This document shows positions 18,457 through 28,500 of a stretch of DNA of 64,000 nucleotides, piece by piece. The first letter of the stretch is position 1, and each line of letters begins with the position of its first letter. The position numbers and the translations under genes are program-made. A model generated the notes under the pieces. The model searched no databases, had not been told where the DNA came from, and saw only the letters and a program-made list of their open reading frames with translations. Source of the stretch: Armatimonadota bacterium (lineage in GTDB: Bacteria; Armatimonadota; SYMT01); the NCBI GenBank assembly GCA_046292385.1, contig JBKBRF010000006.1:11224-75223 (forward strand), given 5' to 3'.

Positions 18457-20289
18457 ATGTCGGTGAACCTTAGTGCCCGTCCGTCCCCTCGGAGCTCAGG
18501 TATGCGAGGCAGGCTGACTACGCTCGCTTCCGTGTGTCTCCTCTGCCTCTCGGCGGCGATCGGCGCCTCCGCAGGCGGGGCGGCCGGGCGCGCTGCTGCA
18601 AACCGTGCGCAGGCGGGTGGCGTCGAGCCCGCGTCGGAGCCAGGGAAGTACGGCGGCACTCTGACGACCTCCTCGATCTCCTCACCCAAGACGTTCAATC
18701 CGATCCTGGCGACTGAGACGTCGTCCACCGACATCCTGGACCAGCTCTTCCTCTCGCTGAACACGCTTAACTACGCCACGCTGGAGTGGACGCCGAGCAT
18801 CGCCGAGCTGCCGGAGATCAGCGCGGACGGGCTCACCTACACCTACCGCCTCCGCGAGGGACTCAAGTGGAGCGATGGGCAACCGCTTACCGCAGACGAC
18901 GTGGTCTTCACGGCCGGCGTCGTCTTCGATCCGGAGACCGAGACTTCCCTCCGCGAGGGAATGCTCATCAGTGTTCCGCAGCCAAACGGCACCTTCAAGC
19001 GCGAGCCATTCCGGGTTACCAGGATCGATGACCGGACGGTCCAGTTCAAGCTGCCGGTCAAGTTCGCGCCGGCCGATACGGTCTTCGCCTTCCCGATCAT
19101 TCCGAAGCACAAGCTGGAGGGTGCGTACCGGGCTGGCCGGTTCAACGCTAGTTGGCCGGTGGGTACGCCGGTCTCCCAACTCGTGAGTAGCGGAGCCTGG
19201 GTCATTTCCGAGTACCTTCCGGACCAGCGGGTGGTACTCACCCGTAACCCGCACTCTTGGCTGAGATCCGACGACGGCAAGCCACTACCTTTTCTGGATC
19301 GCTGGACCATCGCTATCCTGTCGGACTTTAACCAGGCCGGTCAACGGTTCTACGCCGGGCGGCTCGACGTGCAGGCTGTGCCGATTTACCAATACGAAGA
19401 GATTAAGCGAGGAGAGGCGACCGGGAACTACCGGGTCGTCAACGCTGGGCCCGGATGGGGCTTCAACTACCTGGGGTTCAACCTGAACCCGAACGCGGGC
19501 ATCGACAAGAACCTTGTAAAGCTGTTCCAGGATGTACGGTTCCGCCGCGCCATCTCACATGCAGTGAACCGCAAGCGGATAGCCGACGAGGTCTTCGCCG
19601 GCCTCGCGCGTCCTCTCTACGGCCCCGTGTCGCCCGCCAACCGGCAGTTCTACGATCCCGCCATTCCCAAGTTCACCTACGATCTGAAGAAGGCGCGCGC
19701 ACTGCTGGACCAGATGGGATTGAAAGACTCGAACGGCAACGGCATCCGGGAATTTCGCGGCAAAGACGTGAAGTTCACCATCCTCACTAACGACTCGAAC
19801 GCCTTGCGGGTCGCGATGGCCTCGATGGTGGCGGAGGATCTGCAACACATCGGTCTCAACGCGCTCCCCATGGGGATCGACTTCAACGCGCTAGTGACGC
19901 GCCTCGACGCGCCGCCGTACCGCTGGCAGGCTACTGTGCTCGGCTTTACCGGCGGGCCGGAACCATACGCGGGCAGCAATATCTGGCTCAGCTCGGCCCC
20001 GCAGCACCAGTGGTGGCCGCGGCAGGCAAAGCCATCGACGCCCTGGGAAGCGGAGATCGACCGCATCTGGGGCCAGGCGGCCCAGGAGCTCGATCCGGTG
20101 AAGCGAAAGGCGCTATACGACCGCTGGCAGCGAATCACCGCGCAGCAGCAGCCCTTCATCTTCACTGTGGTCACCGACGTAGTCTTCGCGGTCCGCAATC
20201 GACTGGGGAACGTGAAGCCTACTTCGTTGGGCGCGGTGTGGAACTCGGAGGAGATCTTCGATCGCACCGCGACTCGCGATCGTCCCTGA
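18457..20289 (+). CDS. ABC transporter substrate-binding protein, family 5 (peptide/nickel)
   Basis: PKTFNP, YTYRLREGLKWSDG, TADDVVFT, FRRAISHAVNR. AGGAGA SD before ATG 18457. Confidence 0.9.
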   Translation: MSVNLSARPSPRSSGMRGRLTTLASVCLLCLSAAIGASAGGAAGRAAANRAQAGGVEPASEPGKYGGTLTTSSISSPKTFNPILATETSSTDILDQLFLSLNTLNYATLEWTPSIAELPEISADGLTYTYRLREGLKWSDGQPLTADDVVFTAGVVFDPETETSLREGMLISVPQPNGTFKREPFRVTRIDDRTVQFKLPVKFAPADTVFAFPIIPKHKLEGAYRAGRFNASWPVGTPVSQLVSSGAWVISEYLPDQRVVLTRNPHSWLRSDDGKPLPFLDRWTIAILSDFNQAGQRFYAGRLDVQAVPIYQYEEIKRGEATGNYRVVNAGPGWGFNYLGFNLNPNAGIDKNLVKLFQDVRFRRAISHAVNRKRIADEVFAGLARPLYGPVSPANRQFYDPAIPKFTYDLKKARALLDQMGLKDSNGNGIREFRGKDVKFTILTNDSNALRVAMASMVAEDLQHIGLNALPMGIDFNALVTRLDAPPYRWQATVLGFTGGPEPYAGSNIWLSSAPQHQWWPRQAKPSTPWEAEIDRIWGQAAQELDPVKRKALYDRWQRITAQQQPFIFTVVTDVVFAVRNRLGNVKPTSLGAVWNSEEIFDRTATRDRP

Positions 20290-20296
20290 ACGCAAC

Positions 20297-20333
20297 TCGT
20301 GGAGTCTCCAACGACAGCCGGAGACTCCACGAC
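20297..20333. terminator. Bidirectional hairpin between convergent genes
   Basis: TCGTGGAGTCTCC...GGAGACTCCACGA 13-bp stem. Confidence 0.65.
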
Positions 20334-20340
20334 GGTTCTC

Positions 20341-21870
20341 TCATCCGCCAGCCAACCGGGAGACGGTGGCGAAGTGCTCCTTCAGGCTGCCGTAGAGGCC
20401 GCGGTAGACCGGGTAGTAGCGGTTGTAGGTCGCGGCGCTCCCCGGATCCGGCGTGGTGCTGTCGGTGACGCGGATCGTGGCGCGGCACGCCTCTTCGACG
20501 GAGCTCCAGGCACCGGTGCCCACCCCGGCGAGCAGCGCCACCCCGAAGGCGGGGCCCTCGTCCACGTTGATCGTCACGTGCTCGCGGCCGGTCACGTCGG
20601 CCTGGATCTGCCGCCAGAGCGGGCTGCGGGCGCCGCCGCCGCTGGCGCGCACCTGCCCGATCGGCACACCCATCTCCGCCAGGATCTCGAACGAGTCGCG
20701 CAGGCCGTACGCCACTCCTTCCAGCACGGCACGCGCCATGTGGCAGCGGTCGTGCCGCAGCGTCAGGCCGAAGAAGACGCCCCGCGCGTCCGGATCGGGG
20801 TAGGGGGTCCGCTCCCCGGTCAGGTACGGCAGGAAGATCAGCCCCTCGGAGCCGGCGGGCGCCCGCTGCGCCTCCTCCGCAATGAGCTGGTAAGGATCGA
20901 TCCCCAGGGCGCGCGCCACGTACATCTCCGCCCCGGCCAGCGTGTCCCGGTACCAGCGCAGAGACCCGCCCGCGGAGAGCATCACGCCCATCTGGTGCCA
21001 CTTGCCCGGGACGGCGTGGCAGAAGGTGTGGAGGCGGAGCTGCGGGTCGACCGCCGGCTCGTCCGAGAAGGCGAAGACGACGCCGGAGGTGCCGACGGTT
21101 GAGGAGATGATCCCCCGCTCCACGATGCCGTTTCCGACCGCCCCGGCGGCCTGGTCGCCGCCGCCGCCGACCACCGGCGTCCCTTCCCTCAGGCCGGTCG
21201 CCGCCGCGCCCTCGGCACTGATCCGGGCGCTCGGCACCTGCGACTCGAAGCACTCCGGCATCCAGTCCGACGGTACCTCGATCGCGTCGAGCAGCTCGGT
21301 CGCCCAGCGCCGCTCCCGCACGTGGAACATCGCCGTGCCGGAGGCGTCGGAGACCTCGGTCGCGTAGGCGCCGGTCAGTTTGAGCCGCACGTAGTCCTTC
21401 GGGAGCAGCACCTTGCGGACGCGGGCATAGGTCTCCGGCTCGTGATCGCGCAGCCAGATCACCTTCGGGGCGGTGAACCCGGTCAGCACCGGGTTGCTGA
21501 TCAGCTCGACCACCCGCTCCGCACCGACCATCCGCGTGATCCACTCGCACTGCGCCGCCGTGCGCTGGTCGCACCAGAGCAGCGCCGGCCGCAGCACCTC
21601 GTCCCGCGCGTCCAGGAAGACCGAGCCGTGCATCTGCCCGGAAAGCCCGACGCCCTTTACCTCGTCCGCGCTGATTCCCGCCTTCGACAGGACGGCGCGG
21701 ACCGTCTTGCACGAGGCATCCCACCAGTGGCGCGGGTCCTGCTCCGCCCAGCCGGGGCGAGGGGTGCTGAGGGGGTATTCTTCCGTGGCAGTGGCGAGCA
21801 CCCGGCCGCTCTCGTCGATCAGAAGCGTCTTGGTGCCGGAGGTGCCGATATCGATTCCAAGCAGGGGCAT
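20341..21870 (-). CDS. xylB: Xylulokinase
   Basis: LGIDIGTSG, SGQMHG, LLPKDY, GGGDQAAGA, PYLTGERTP, GGGARS (FGGY family, XylB-type). Confidence 0.92.
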   Translation of the reverse strand: MPLLGIDIGTSGTKTLLIDESGRVLATATEEYPLSTPRPGWAEQDPRHWWDASCKTVRAVLSKAGISADEVKGVGLSGQMHGSVFLDARDEVLRPALLWCDQRTAAQCEWITRMVGAERVVELISNPVLTGFTAPKVIWLRDHEPETYARVRKVLLPKDYVRLKLTGAYATEVSDASGTAMFHVRERRWATELLDAIEVPSDWMPECFESQVPSARISAEGAAATGLREGTPVVGGGGDQAAGAVGNGIVERGIISSTVGTSGVVFAFSDEPAVDPQLRLHTFCHAVPGKWHQMGVMLSAGGSLRWYRDTLAGAEMYVARALGIDPYQLIAEEAQRAPAGSEGLIFLPYLTGERTPYPDPDARGVFFGLTLRHDRCHMARAVLEGVAYGLRDSFEILAEMGVPIGQVRASGGGARSPLWRQIQADVTGREHVTINVDEGPAFGVALLAGVGTGAWSSVEEACRATIRVTDSTTPDPGSAATYNRYYPVYRGLYGSLKEHFATVSRLAGG

Positions 21871-21943
21871 GGTTCTCTCCGCGGTGAGTGTCGATGTCCA
21901 CCGCAGAGGTTCAGCTGCGGGGGAAGAGGTCCCTGCCCGCACC

Positions 21944-21978
21944 CACTCGTACTCCCACTCCTACTCGTCCTCCTATTC
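21944..21978. repeat. Degenerate hexamer tandem repeat (C/T)ACTC(G/C)
   Basis: cactcg tactcc cactcc tactcg tcctcc tattc; similar run at 56504-56530. Confidence 0.6.
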
Positions 21979-21997
21979 AGAGAGGGAGAGCAACCGG

Positions 21998-22118
21998 GCG
22001 GTTGAAACCGCGGCAACGACGGCACGAAGTCCCCCTGCGGGGACTCAGCAGGGCCTGGCTCGGGCGTCCGGAGGACGCGTGGCGGCAGGCCGAGTAGCGA
22101 GGTATTTCAATGCCTCGC
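21998..22118 (+). repeat. Composite REP-like palindromic element, copy C
   Basis: Same modules; second hairpin AGTCCCCCTGCGGGGACT shows a compensatory G-C to C-G swap. Confidence 0.9.
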
Positions 22119-22183
22119 GGGTTGCCGGACAGCCAGCCGGACAACCGGAGAACCCCCCAACCCGAAATCCGTCGGACAGGCAG

Positions 22184-22591
22184 CTACACCAGCGGCTTGG
22201 CCCAGTTCAGGATGTCCTGGGCGCAGCGCAGGTGGATGCGCGCGGAGGTCTTGTCGTAGAGCTGCGCGGGGACGCCGTCGACCGTCTCCGGATTCCGCGT
22301 GGCCATGAACTCCGGATTCAGCTCCGCGGCGGCGTTCATGATCTCCACCGGCGCGTTGAGCGAGTTGGCGAACTGGATCAGGTTGTGCCCCTTAGGGGAG
22401 CGCTTCTGATGGTCGGTGATCGCGGCTTTCAGCGCCTTCTCCGCCGCCTGCTGGCTGAAGAAGACGCTGGCGTAATAGACCCCGGCGTCGAGGAGGGTGG
22501 TGGCGGTGGCGAGATCCGCGCGGGCCTGCGCCCAGAAGGCCATGGCTTCCTTGCGGAAGTCCTTCATTTCCGGTTCGGGTTCGCGCTCCAT
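22184..22591 (-). CDS. HEPN domain protein (COG2250-like)
   Basis: A..DL..A..LL..G.Y..S.F.SQQAAEKALKA and HNL pattern. Confidence 0.85.
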   Translation of the reverse strand: MEREPEPEMKDFRKEAMAFWAQARADLATATTLLDAGVYYASVFFSQQAAEKALKAAITDHQKRSPKGHNLIQFANSLNAPVEIMNAAAELNPEFMATRNPETVDGVPAQLYDKTSARIHLRCAQDILNWAKPLV

Positions 22592-22634
22592 CGCCCGCCT
22601 TCGGTCCTTTCTCGTGGTCTCTACTTATTAAAGA

Positions 22635-23774
22635 TTATCGGTTCCGGCCAGCCTGAAACACTTCGATCAACCGGCGCGCTGCGTCGGAGACCAGCGGGCC
22701 GGCGCCGCTCATCGCGCGCTCGAGGCTCATGGGGCCGGGAACGATCGAGGCGATTCCGCTGATTCCGGCCGCGCGGTAGTCGCCGATGTCGGAGCCGAGA
22801 GAGCCGCCCAGCGCGAGCACCGGGACCCCCGCGCGGCTCGCCCGCGCTCCAATTCCGGTGAGCGTCTTGCCGAAGGCGGTCGTCTGCCGGTCGATCTTCC
22901 CTTCGCCGGTCACAACCAGTTCTGCCCCCTGCAGGTGGCGGTCGAACCCTACACAGTCGAGCACCAGCTCCACGCCCCGCTCCATCCGCGCGCTCAGGAA
23001 GGCGAGGAAGGCGAAGCCGAGGCCGCCGGCCGCGCCAGCGCCAGGAGCGGTGCGCCAGTCTTTACCGGCCGCCTCCGCTGCCACGTTGGCGAGGTTACCG
23101 AGCGCGTCGTCGAGAAGACGAATGTCCTGGGGGCTGGCGCCCTTCTGCGGGCCGTAGACCGCCGCGGCACCCTGCGGTCCGGTCAGCGGGTTGGTCACGT
23201 CGCAGGCGAGCACGATCTCGCGGCCGGAAGGCAGCTCGAACGAGCCGCGCTCGATGCGGTGGAGGTCGAGGAGCGCCGCGCCTCCCTGGGGGAGGTGCTG
23301 CCCGAGCGAGTCGAGCAGCCGGAGGCCCAGTGCCTGCAGCATTCCGGCCCCGCCGTCGGTGGTGGCGCTGCCGCCGAGGCCGACCACGATCCGCGGGCGC
23401 TCCGTGGCGAACGCGGCGCGCAGGAGCTGCCCCGTGCCGTAGGTAGTGGCGAGCAGCGGGTCCCGCTCCTCTTCCGCCACCCGGGAAAGGCCGGAGGCCT
23501 CCGCCATCTCGACGAAGACTGTCTCGCCGTCGCCGAGCAGTCCCAGCCGCGCCTCGACCGGCTCGCCGACCGGCCCGATTACCGTCTTGACCTGGTACTC
23601 GCCCCCGGTGGCGGTGACCAGTGCTTCGAGCGTCCCCTCGCCGCCGTCGCCGACCGGCAGCTCCACCAGCTCCGCCTCCGGCAGCGCCTGGCGCGCGCCC
23701 TCCGCCATCGCGCGGGCGACCGCCGGCGATTTCAGGCTGCCCTTGAAGCTGTCGGGCGCGAGGAGGATCTTCAT
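22635..23774 (-). CDS. glxK: Glycerate kinase
   Basis: LAPDSFKGSL, DGGEGT, GGSATTDGGAG, GAGAAGG, TGEGKIDRQT. Confidence 0.92.
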   Translation of the reverse strand: MKILLAPDSFKGSLKSPAVARAMAEGARQALPEAELVELPVGDGGEGTLEALVTATGGEYQVKTVIGPVGEPVEARLGLLGDGETVFVEMAEASGLSRVAEEERDPLLATTYGTGQLLRAAFATERPRIVVGLGGSATTDGGAGMLQALGLRLLDSLGQHLPQGGAALLDLHRIERGSFELPSGREIVLACDVTNPLTGPQGAAAVYGPQKGASPQDIRLLDDALGNLANVAAEAAGKDWRTAPGAGAAGGLGFAFLAFLSARMERGVELVLDCVGFDRHLQGAELVVTGEGKIDRQTTAFGKTLTGIGARASRAGVPVLALGGSLGSDIGDYRAAGISGIASIVPGPMSLERAMSGAGPLVSDAARRLIEVFQAGRNR

Positions 23775-25096
23775 GGGGTCTGCCCGGTGAGGTAGCTGGC
23801 AAAGACCAGGATGAAGTCGTAGAGCGCGTGGACGATGCAGGCGGTGGTGGTGTTCGTCGCCCGCCGCACCAGCCCCAGCACCGTGCCGATCAGGAAGACG
23901 ATCAACAGGCCGTCGAACCCGTACTGGAACGCGTGGAGGCTGGTGAAGAAGAGGTTGGGGAGCAGGATCCCGAGGCGGGGCTGGAGCACGCCGCGCACCG
24001 CCACCTCTTCGCTGATCCCGGCTGAAAGCCCCAGGATCACCGCGCCGAGCGGGCTGATCGCCGGCGCCAGGATCTTCTCGAAGGTCTCCTGATCGGTGCG
24101 CGGGAGGCCCATCCGCTCCCAGAGCTGGAAGAAGAGCGGCTCGGTCAGCAGCAGCACCCCGGCGAGCCCGACCGCCACCCCGATGCCGAGCGCCACCTGC
24201 CGCCCGGTGGGCCGCACCAGGCCGAGCCGCTCCAGCGCCTCGCGCCAGGTGCGGGTGACGAGAAACCCGACGGCGACCATGCTGGCGGGGACGGTCCAGA
24301 GCACCATGTAGACCATGGAGCTGAACAGCTCTTGCGGCCCGGTCACGAAGGCGCTCTCACCGCGCTTGATCAGCTCCAGCAGCACCGGGTTTCCACCGGT
24401 AGCGATGAGCTGCCCGAAGAACATCACCACGCCGCCGAGCACCAGGGAGAGCGCGATGGCGTGCACGTGGCTGCGCGGATCGAACGGAAGCACTCCTGCC
24501 AGCAGGCGACGGACGGCGGGCATCAGCACCAGACCGGCCGCTACGACTCCCAGGAAACCCCAGGCGGCAGCGCCCGCAAGCACCGGCCAGTTCGGCGACA
24601 GGGCGGGGGACACGGCCGAGGGAGGCGGCAGAAAGGTCAGGAACACCATCAGCGCCGGCGTGGCCGCCATACTCAGCACCATCGAGGCATGCCAGAGGTA
24701 GGCGAGCACTACGCCCCAGGTCCGCTGCACACCGATGTAGGCGAGAAATCCGAGCAGGGCGAACGGCGTGATCTGGACGAAGACGCCAAAGTACCCCATC
24801 AACCAGGCCGCGCTCTGCTCCGCCATTGCGTGGAGCACGGCGGCCATCAGGCCCACGGCGAGCATCACGAGCAGCCAGCGGCCGACGACTCTCGAGCTCG
24901 GGGAGGGCTCCAGGTGTGCCAGGCGCCAGACCGGCGCGATCGGCGGGTGGACCGCTTCCTGCAGCTCCGCGAACTGGAAGCTCTGCTCGTGCAGCGCCGG
25001 CGCCTCGTACCTCGGTAGCGCCGCTCCGTCGCCCGTCAGGACACCGGATTCGGAGTGCGTCTCGGCGCGCTCGGTGGGGTGGGGAGACTCTGACAT
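23771..25096 (-). CDS. CPBP (Abi/CAAX) intramembrane metalloprotease with long multi-TM N-terminal region
   Basis: SEEVAVRG, FTSLH, HALYD motifs; many TM segments. Confidence 0.85.
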   Translation of the reverse strand: MSESPHPTERAETHSESGVLTGDGAALPRYEAPALHEQSFQFAELQEAVHPPIAPVWRLAHLEPSPSSRVVGRWLLVMLAVGLMAAVLHAMAEQSAAWLMGYFGVFVQITPFALLGFLAYIGVQRTWGVVLAYLWHASMVLSMAATPALMVFLTFLPPPSAVSPALSPNWPVLAGAAAWGFLGVVAAGLVLMPAVRRLLAGVLPFDPRSHVHAIALSLVLGGVVMFFGQLIATGGNPVLLELIKRGESAFVTGPQELFSSMVYMVLWTVPASMVAVGFLVTRTWREALERLGLVRPTGRQVALGIGVAVGLAGVLLLTEPLFFQLWERMGLPRTDQETFEKILAPAISPLGAVILGLSAGISEEVAVRGVLQPRLGILLPNLFFTSLHAFQYGFDGLLIVFLIGTVLGLVRRATNTTTACIVHALYDFILVFASYLTGQTP

Positions 25097-25102
25097 CGAC
25101 GG

Positions 25103-26116
25103 TTAGCTTCCGGCCGGCAGGCTGACGGGACGACCCTCGCGGGCGGAGCGGTAGGCGGCCTCGGCGACGATCACATTGCGCAGCCCGTGCCGGCCCGTGA
25201 CCGGCGGCGGCGTGCCGTCGAGCGCTGCGTCGACGAAGAGTGACAGCTCGTGCCGGACCGGGTCGTCGTACTCCAGGCTCCCGATGCGGGTCTCGACCGG
25301 CGTCTCGCCCGGGCGCGCCAGCGTGATCGTTCCGTCCGCGGAGAAGCCGCCGCGGTACTGGAGGGTGCCTTCGGAGCCTTCGACGCTGCCGGAGAGATCG
25401 CCGAGCGCCGAGACCATGCTGGAGTGGAGGAGTCCCAGCGCGCCGCTCCGGAACCGCAGGGAGACGAAGGCGAGGTTCGGGTAGTCGCAGCCGTCTTCGC
25501 CGAAGTGCTCCGCCTCGGCGTAGACCCGCTCCACTTCGCCGCCGATCTCGCAGAGGAAGTCGATCTCGTGCGCGTTGATCTCCATCAGGAGCCCGCCGGA
25601 CAGCTCCCGGGAAGCACGCCAGCCCCGCGCGGCCGCGCCCCAACCGCCGCCCACCCGTCGCACGGAGATGCTGCGCGGGTTGCCGAGGTCGCCGCGGCGG
25701 ACCCGCTCCAGCACGTAACGCCAGCACGGGTAATAGCGCAGCACCTGTCCGACCATCAGCGTCACCCCCGCGGCGTCCGCGGCGTCGAGGATCGCCTGGG
25801 AGTCGGCCGAGCTCGGCGCCAGCGGCTTCTCCACGAAGAGGTGCTTGCCGTGCGCGGCGGCGGCTTCCGCGAGCGGGCGGTGCAGGAACGGAGGGGCCGC
25901 GATAATGACGGCGTCGACATCGTCCCGTGAGAGAAGCGCGTCGGGATCTGCGTGCGCGGGCACCCGGAGCTGCTCCGACGCCTGCGCGGCCGCCGCGGCG
26001 TCCACGTCCGCCACACCTACCAGCGCCGCGCGCTCCAGCTCCACCAGCTTCGAGCCGAGGCTGCGGCCCATCACGCCGCAGCCGAGCAGCGCCACCCTGA
26101 GTCGCTCTCGGGCCAT
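25103..26116 (-). CDS. Gfo/Idh/MocA family oxidoreductase (cytoplasmic)
   Basis: VALLGCGVMG, APPFLH, VEKPL, EINAHEID. Confidence 0.9.
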   Translation of the reverse strand: MARERLRVALLGCGVMGRSLGSKLVELERAALVGVADVDAAAAAQASEQLRVPAHADPDALLSRDDVDAVIIAAPPFLHRPLAEAAAAHGKHLFVEKPLAPSSADSQAILDAADAAGVTLMVGQVLRYYPCWRYVLERVRRGDLGNPRSISVRRVGGGWGAAARGWRASRELSGGLLMEINAHEIDFLCEIGGEVERVYAEAEHFGEDGCDYPNLAFVSLRFRSGALGLLHSSMVSALGDLSGSVEGSEGTLQYRGGFSADGTITLARPGETPVETRIGSLEYDDPVRHELSLFVDAALDGTPPPVTGRHGLRNVIVAEAAYRSAREGRPVSLPAGS

Positions 26117-26279
26117 TCAGACTCCCGTCTCCGGGCGGGCAGCCGTCGCCCGCCGCAGTCTCGTTGTGTGCCTCTTTCGACGCGCGGCCCGCATCTCCTG
26201 CGGCGACCAAGCGGAAGAGCCGCGGGCATCACACCACGCGGCTCTTCCGCCATTCAGCATCGCTCGTCCGGGCCTCGCG

Positions 26280-27581
26280 CTATTCGTACCGGAGCGCCTC
26301 GATCGGGTCGAGCCGGGAGGCCTTCATCGCGGGGTAGATCCCGAAGAAGATCCCCACCAGCGCGGAGAAGACGAACGAGATGATCATCGGCATCATCGAG
26401 AGCATCATCGGGAAGCCCATGCCGCCCTCGGAGGCCGGCCGGCCCATCCACAAGCCGGTGCCCACGCCGAGGGCGATCCCGATGAGGCCGCCGACCAGGC
26501 TGAGCGTGACCGACTCGATCAGGAACTGGTAGAGAATGTCCCGCCGCTTGGCGCCGATCGCCTTCCGGATACCGATCTCGCGGGTCCGCTCGGTTACGGA
26601 GACGAGCATGATGTTCATAATCCCGATGCCGCCCACGATGAGGGAGACCATCGCGATCCCGGCGAGCAGCATCGTCAGGAAGCCGCTCTGCGCCGCGGCC
26701 CCCTCGGAGAGGTCGGCCTGGCTGAAGATGCGGATGTCCGGCTCGTCCTCCGGCCGCGTCTTGTGCGCCCTCGCGATGGCGGCGTAGATCTCTTCCTGGG
26801 CGGAGGCCATCTTCGCCTCGGAGACCGCCTGCACGCTCATGCTGCCGAGGTAGTCGACCCCGAACACGCGGGTCATCGCGGTGGTGATCGGCACGGTGAT
26901 CTGGTCGTCCGGGTTGCGGAACATCATGCCGCCGCGCTTCTGGATCACGCCGATCACGCGGAAGTTCTGGCCGTTGACCTTGATGTTCTTGCCGACCGGC
27001 TGCTGCGAGCCGAAGAGCGTCTCGCGGATCTCGTCCCCGATCACCGCCACCTTCGCCTTGCGCTTGACGTCGTCTTCGTCGAACAGCTTCCCGGACGCCA
27101 GCGGCAGGTTTCGGATCTCGAAGTACTCCGGGCCGGCCCCGTAGATGGTGGTCCGGGTATTCTCGTTAGCGAACTTCACGGTCCCGTTGCCGCGGTACTC
27201 CGGCGTCACCAGCTTGACGGAGGGGCAGGACTTCTTGACCAGCTCCACGTCTTCCATCTTCAGGTTCTGCTGGCTGCCAAGGCCCTGGCTCACGCCGCCG
27301 CGCTGCTGGCTGTTCGGCATGATCGTGAGCGAGTTGGTCCCGAGCTTGCGGATCGCGTCCTGGGTCGCCTCCGCCACGCCCTGGCCGAGCGCCACCATCA
27401 CGATCACGGAGGAGACGCCGATGATGATCCCCAGCATCGTGAGGAACGAGCGGAGCTTGTTCGCCAGGAGGCCCTGCAGGGCCACGCGGAACGCCTCCGC
27501 AAAGCCGAGACCGCTGCTCTTCCGGACCTTCTTGTCCACCGTCGGCAGCAGCGTGGGAGTGGCAGGGTTCGCGAGGCTCAT
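26280..27581 (-). CDS. MacB-like ABC permease (MacB_PCD + FtsX)
   Basis: [50 protein letters not shown]. Confidence 0.93.
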   Translation of the reverse strand: MSLANPATPTLLPTVDKKVRKSSGLGFAEAFRVALQGLLANKLRSFLTMLGIIIGVSSVIVMVALGQGVAEATQDAIRKLGTNSLTIMPNSQQRGGVSQGLGSQQNLKMEDVELVKKSCPSVKLVTPEYRGNGTVKFANENTRTTIYGAGPEYFEIRNLPLASGKLFDEDDVKRKAKVAVIGDEIRETLFGSQQPVGKNIKVNGQNFRVIGVIQKRGGMMFRNPDDQITVPITTAMTRVFGVDYLGSMSVQAVSEAKMASAQEEIYAAIARAHKTRPEDEPDIRIFSQADLSEGAAAQSGFLTMLLAGIAMVSLIVGGIGIMNIMLVSVTERTREIGIRKAIGAKRRDILYQFLIESVTLSLVGGLIGIALGVGTGLWMGRPASEGGMGFPMMLSMMPMIISFVFSALVGIFFGIYPAMKASRLDPIEALRYE

Positions 27582-28327
27582 GTGGTCACCACCTCCTGCG
27601 GAAGATCCGCATCCAGGTTAGGCAGCTTCTCCAGCTCTTCCATGGCGTCTTTCGGATTCTCGATCCGCTCGTCGGACTGCACCAGGCCGTCCTTGAACCG
27701 GATGATCCGGCTGCAGTGCTCCGCGATGTCGAACTCGTGGGTCACGATCACCACCGTCTTGCCCTCCCGGTTCAGCCGCTGGAAGATCGCCATGATCTCC
27801 TCGCCGGTCCGGGTATCGAGGGCGCCGGTCGGCTCGTCCGCCAGGATCACCACCGGATCGTTCACCAGCGCCCGCGCAATCGCCACGCGCTGCTGCTGAC
27901 CACCGGAGAGCTCCGCCGGCGTGTGGTGGTGGCGGGACGCGAGACCGACCGCCTCCAGCGCCTGCATGGCGCGCTCCCGCCGGTTCGGCATTCCGCTATA
28001 GAGCATCGGCAGCTCCACCTGGCGCAGCGCGCTGGTGCGGGGGAGCAGGTTGAACTGCTGGAAAACGAAGCCGATCTTCTGGTTCCGGACGTCGGCGAGC
28101 TGGTTGTCGTTCATGCGGGAGACGTTGATCCCGTCCAGCCAGTACTCGCCGCGGACCGGCCGGTCGAGGCAGCCCACGATGTTCATGAAGGTCGACTTGC
28201 CGGAGCCGGAGGGGCCCATGATTGCGACGAGCTCCCCCGCGCCGATCTCGATATCGACCCCGCGGAGCGCCTGCACGATCGTGGTGCCCATCTTGTAGGT
28301 CTTCGTCAGCCCTTCGACCTTGATCAT
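27578..28327 (-). CDS. ABC ATP-binding protein (MacB/LolD-like)
   Basis: [30 protein letters not shown]. Confidence 0.95.
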   Translation of the reverse strand: MIKVEGLTKTYKMGTTIVQALRGVDIEIGAGELVAIMGPSGSGKSTFMNIVGCLDRPVRGEYWLDGINVSRMNDNQLADVRNQKIGFVFQQFNLLPRTSALRQVELPMLYSGMPNRRERAMQALEAVGLASRHHHTPAELSGGQQQRVAIARALVNDPVVILADEPTGALDTRTGEEIMAIFQRLNREGKTVVIVTHEFDIAEHCSRIIRFKDGLVQSDERIENPKDAMEELEKLPNLDADLPQEVVTT

Positions 28328-28500
28328 CTCTTCTCCAAGCTCCCGCGCGGAGATCCCGGTAGAGGCCGGTGCCGCCGTCTAACTCCAAACCCCCTCTCCC
28401 AGACGGGAAAGGGGGTGTCTCTGTTCTGTCGCTGCCATCCCCCGACGCTCGAGGGAACCGGGTGAGGCCGCGGCCACGACCTCACCCGCGTTTCTCTCCG

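Noticed and set aside
5955-22118. Repeated palindromes as a CRISPR array
   Set aside because: Copies are kilobases apart, have no regular repeat-spacer period, and no cas genes are present.
22184-22591. HEPN gene as part of a Cas13 or complete toxin-antitoxin module
   Set aside because: A single small domain with no array and no MNT gene adjacent.
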